Assembly (NCBI GenBank): GCA_001179505.1
Contig: CDMY01000770.1
Coordinates: forward strand, 1 to 64,000
Reading direction: 5' to 3'
DNA from: Vitrella brassicaformis CCMP3155
Taxonomy: Eukaryota > Protista > Chromerida
DNA length: 64,000 nucleotides
Shown: positions 62,727 to 64,000 of the stretch, piece after piece
How the letters are laid out: every line of letters begins with the position of its first letter
How positions within the stretch are numbered: position 1 is the stretch's first letter
Made by a program: the position numbers and the translations under genes
The notes under the pieces: model-generated
Database searches by the model: none
The model's input: only the letters and a program-made list of their open reading frames with translations
Told to the model about the DNA's origin: nothing

Positions 62727-63659
62727 TCACTTACTCCTCTTCAGCTCGAATACCTCAATCTCATTTTCATCCAACACAAGCGACTTCAGAAACTCACAGT
62801 CACGCCCCCTGCCGGCAGCCGACAAACCATGCGACTTCTTATCAAAGAAAGTGCGTATGGTGGCCTCTGTCGCCACTCGCTTCACCAACACATCAGAGGG
62901 GAGGGAGGCGAAGAACTCTCTCTCCTTCTCGCTGTCTCGCCACATGTGGGCGAGGAGACACACAGTCTGGGGCGATAATAGCTCCAGCAATGTCTCTTTG
63001 AGGGGCTCATGAGCATCAGAAAAGGCGAGCACGTCACAGCACAGCAAAACATCGATGCTCCTGGCACCGGACTGCAATAGAACATTTCCCGAGTCGGCCG
63101 TCCCCCACTGCAGGCGCTCCACTTGCGGCATGACGGCGGGCAGCCGGCTGTCTTCGTCTGCTGGGCGCAGCCCAAAGAGAGAGCGGTTGTGCTCGACATT
63201 GGACGACAGGAAAGGAAGCACAGACTCTGAAGGGCACATACAGCACCACTTACAAGAACCCCCACGAGATGAACGACTTACCCTGGTCGGTGAGGACTAC
63301 TCTGGCTCCGAGACAGGCGGCAGTCAGGCCACACAGGCCACAGCCGGCCCTACAAGCAGACACATGAGGCTGACATGCGGCAATGCATGCACGCCTATCC
63401 GGCGACTCCCATCCACCCGAGTTCCACGATTGTTGTCGGGGTCGCAAAACTCATCGTGCCCTCGTGTGCGCACTGCTCGAGGTATCTGAGGATGTTCCGC
63501 CTTTTGATCGACGCATGGCTGTCTGTTTGAGCTTGATCACCTTGATGCGAACCATGCGCATGGCCAGACTTGCTGTCCGACGAGGCCCCATTTGTCTTGA
63601 TGCAGCACAATGGTCGCTGAAGAACGAGGCAGCAGCTCGTAAGTGAAGTCCCGACTCAT
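62727..63659 (-). CDS. METTL21/family-16 SAM-dependent protein-lysine methyltransferase; 4 exons
   Basis: GLVGQQVWPCAW..YLEQ..IVELGAGCGLCGLTAACLGARVVLTDQ..VERLQWG..DVLLCCDVL..LKETL. Confidence 0.88.
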
Positions 63660-63807
63660 TGTACGTTTGACCTTTGTCCACACTTGCCTGACGTCTGTTC
63701 CATTAGAGAGACGCCCCCACATCGCCCCCATGTATTTCAAGCTCGCGCAGATCTTTCCCCTTTTCTCTTCCCCTCAAACAGACCTCATGCATCAGTGCAT
63801 TTGTCCG

Positions 63808-64000
63808 ATGAAGCGCAATTCCATCAGCATCTGGGATCTCTCCTGGGACGAAGACGAGTTGAAGACGAGGACTGCATCGGTAACGAAAGCCTTAGGCTTC
63901 ACGATGATTCCATGTTGTGATGTTCATGTCCATTTTGCACCATCCATGTTTGCAGGAAGGTGAGTACAGTATCACACATGGGCGGAGCGGGTAGTCGCCG
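63808..64000 (+). CDS. Possible first exon of a gene truncated by the window edge
   Basis: MKRNSISIWDLSWDEDELKTRTAS followed by a gtaacg donor, divergent from the methyltransferase. Too little sequence to assign. Confidence 0.25.

Overview
Gene-dense, intron-rich eukaryotic DNA. The short GT-AG introns packed with (AC)n/(GT)n tracts, an AP2-repeat protein and an F-box-like orphan family point to a chromerid alveolate, most plausibly Vitrella brassicaformis (inference from sequence style only). I spliced about 20 protein-coding genes by hand. They include a NO VEIN-like GHKL-ATPase/DUF3883 protein, a multi-AP2-domain protein, glutathione synthetase, a SUMO-like/F-box-like fusion, RSPH3, an ERCC1/FAAP24-like protein, a mitoribosomal L51/S25-type protein, a CutA-chagasin fusion, an NHL-repeat protein, a Kazal/trypsin-like protease, a BT1 folate transporter, an ADP-ribosylglycohydrolase, a tandem pseudokinase, a ConA-like protein with an apparently inverted internal segment, and a METTL21-type methyltransferase. 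I saw no tRNA, rRNA, CRISPR array or autonomous transposon. The best leads are the CutA-chagasin (ICP) fusion, a ~210-bp structured element placed 70-75 bp upstream of two unrelated genes, a recurrent TGCGAGCT(T/A) upstream motif, the protein with about 7 AP2-like repeats and the SUMO-like/F-box-like fusion. All calls come from manual motif recognition with no database search, and several 5' ends are approximate.
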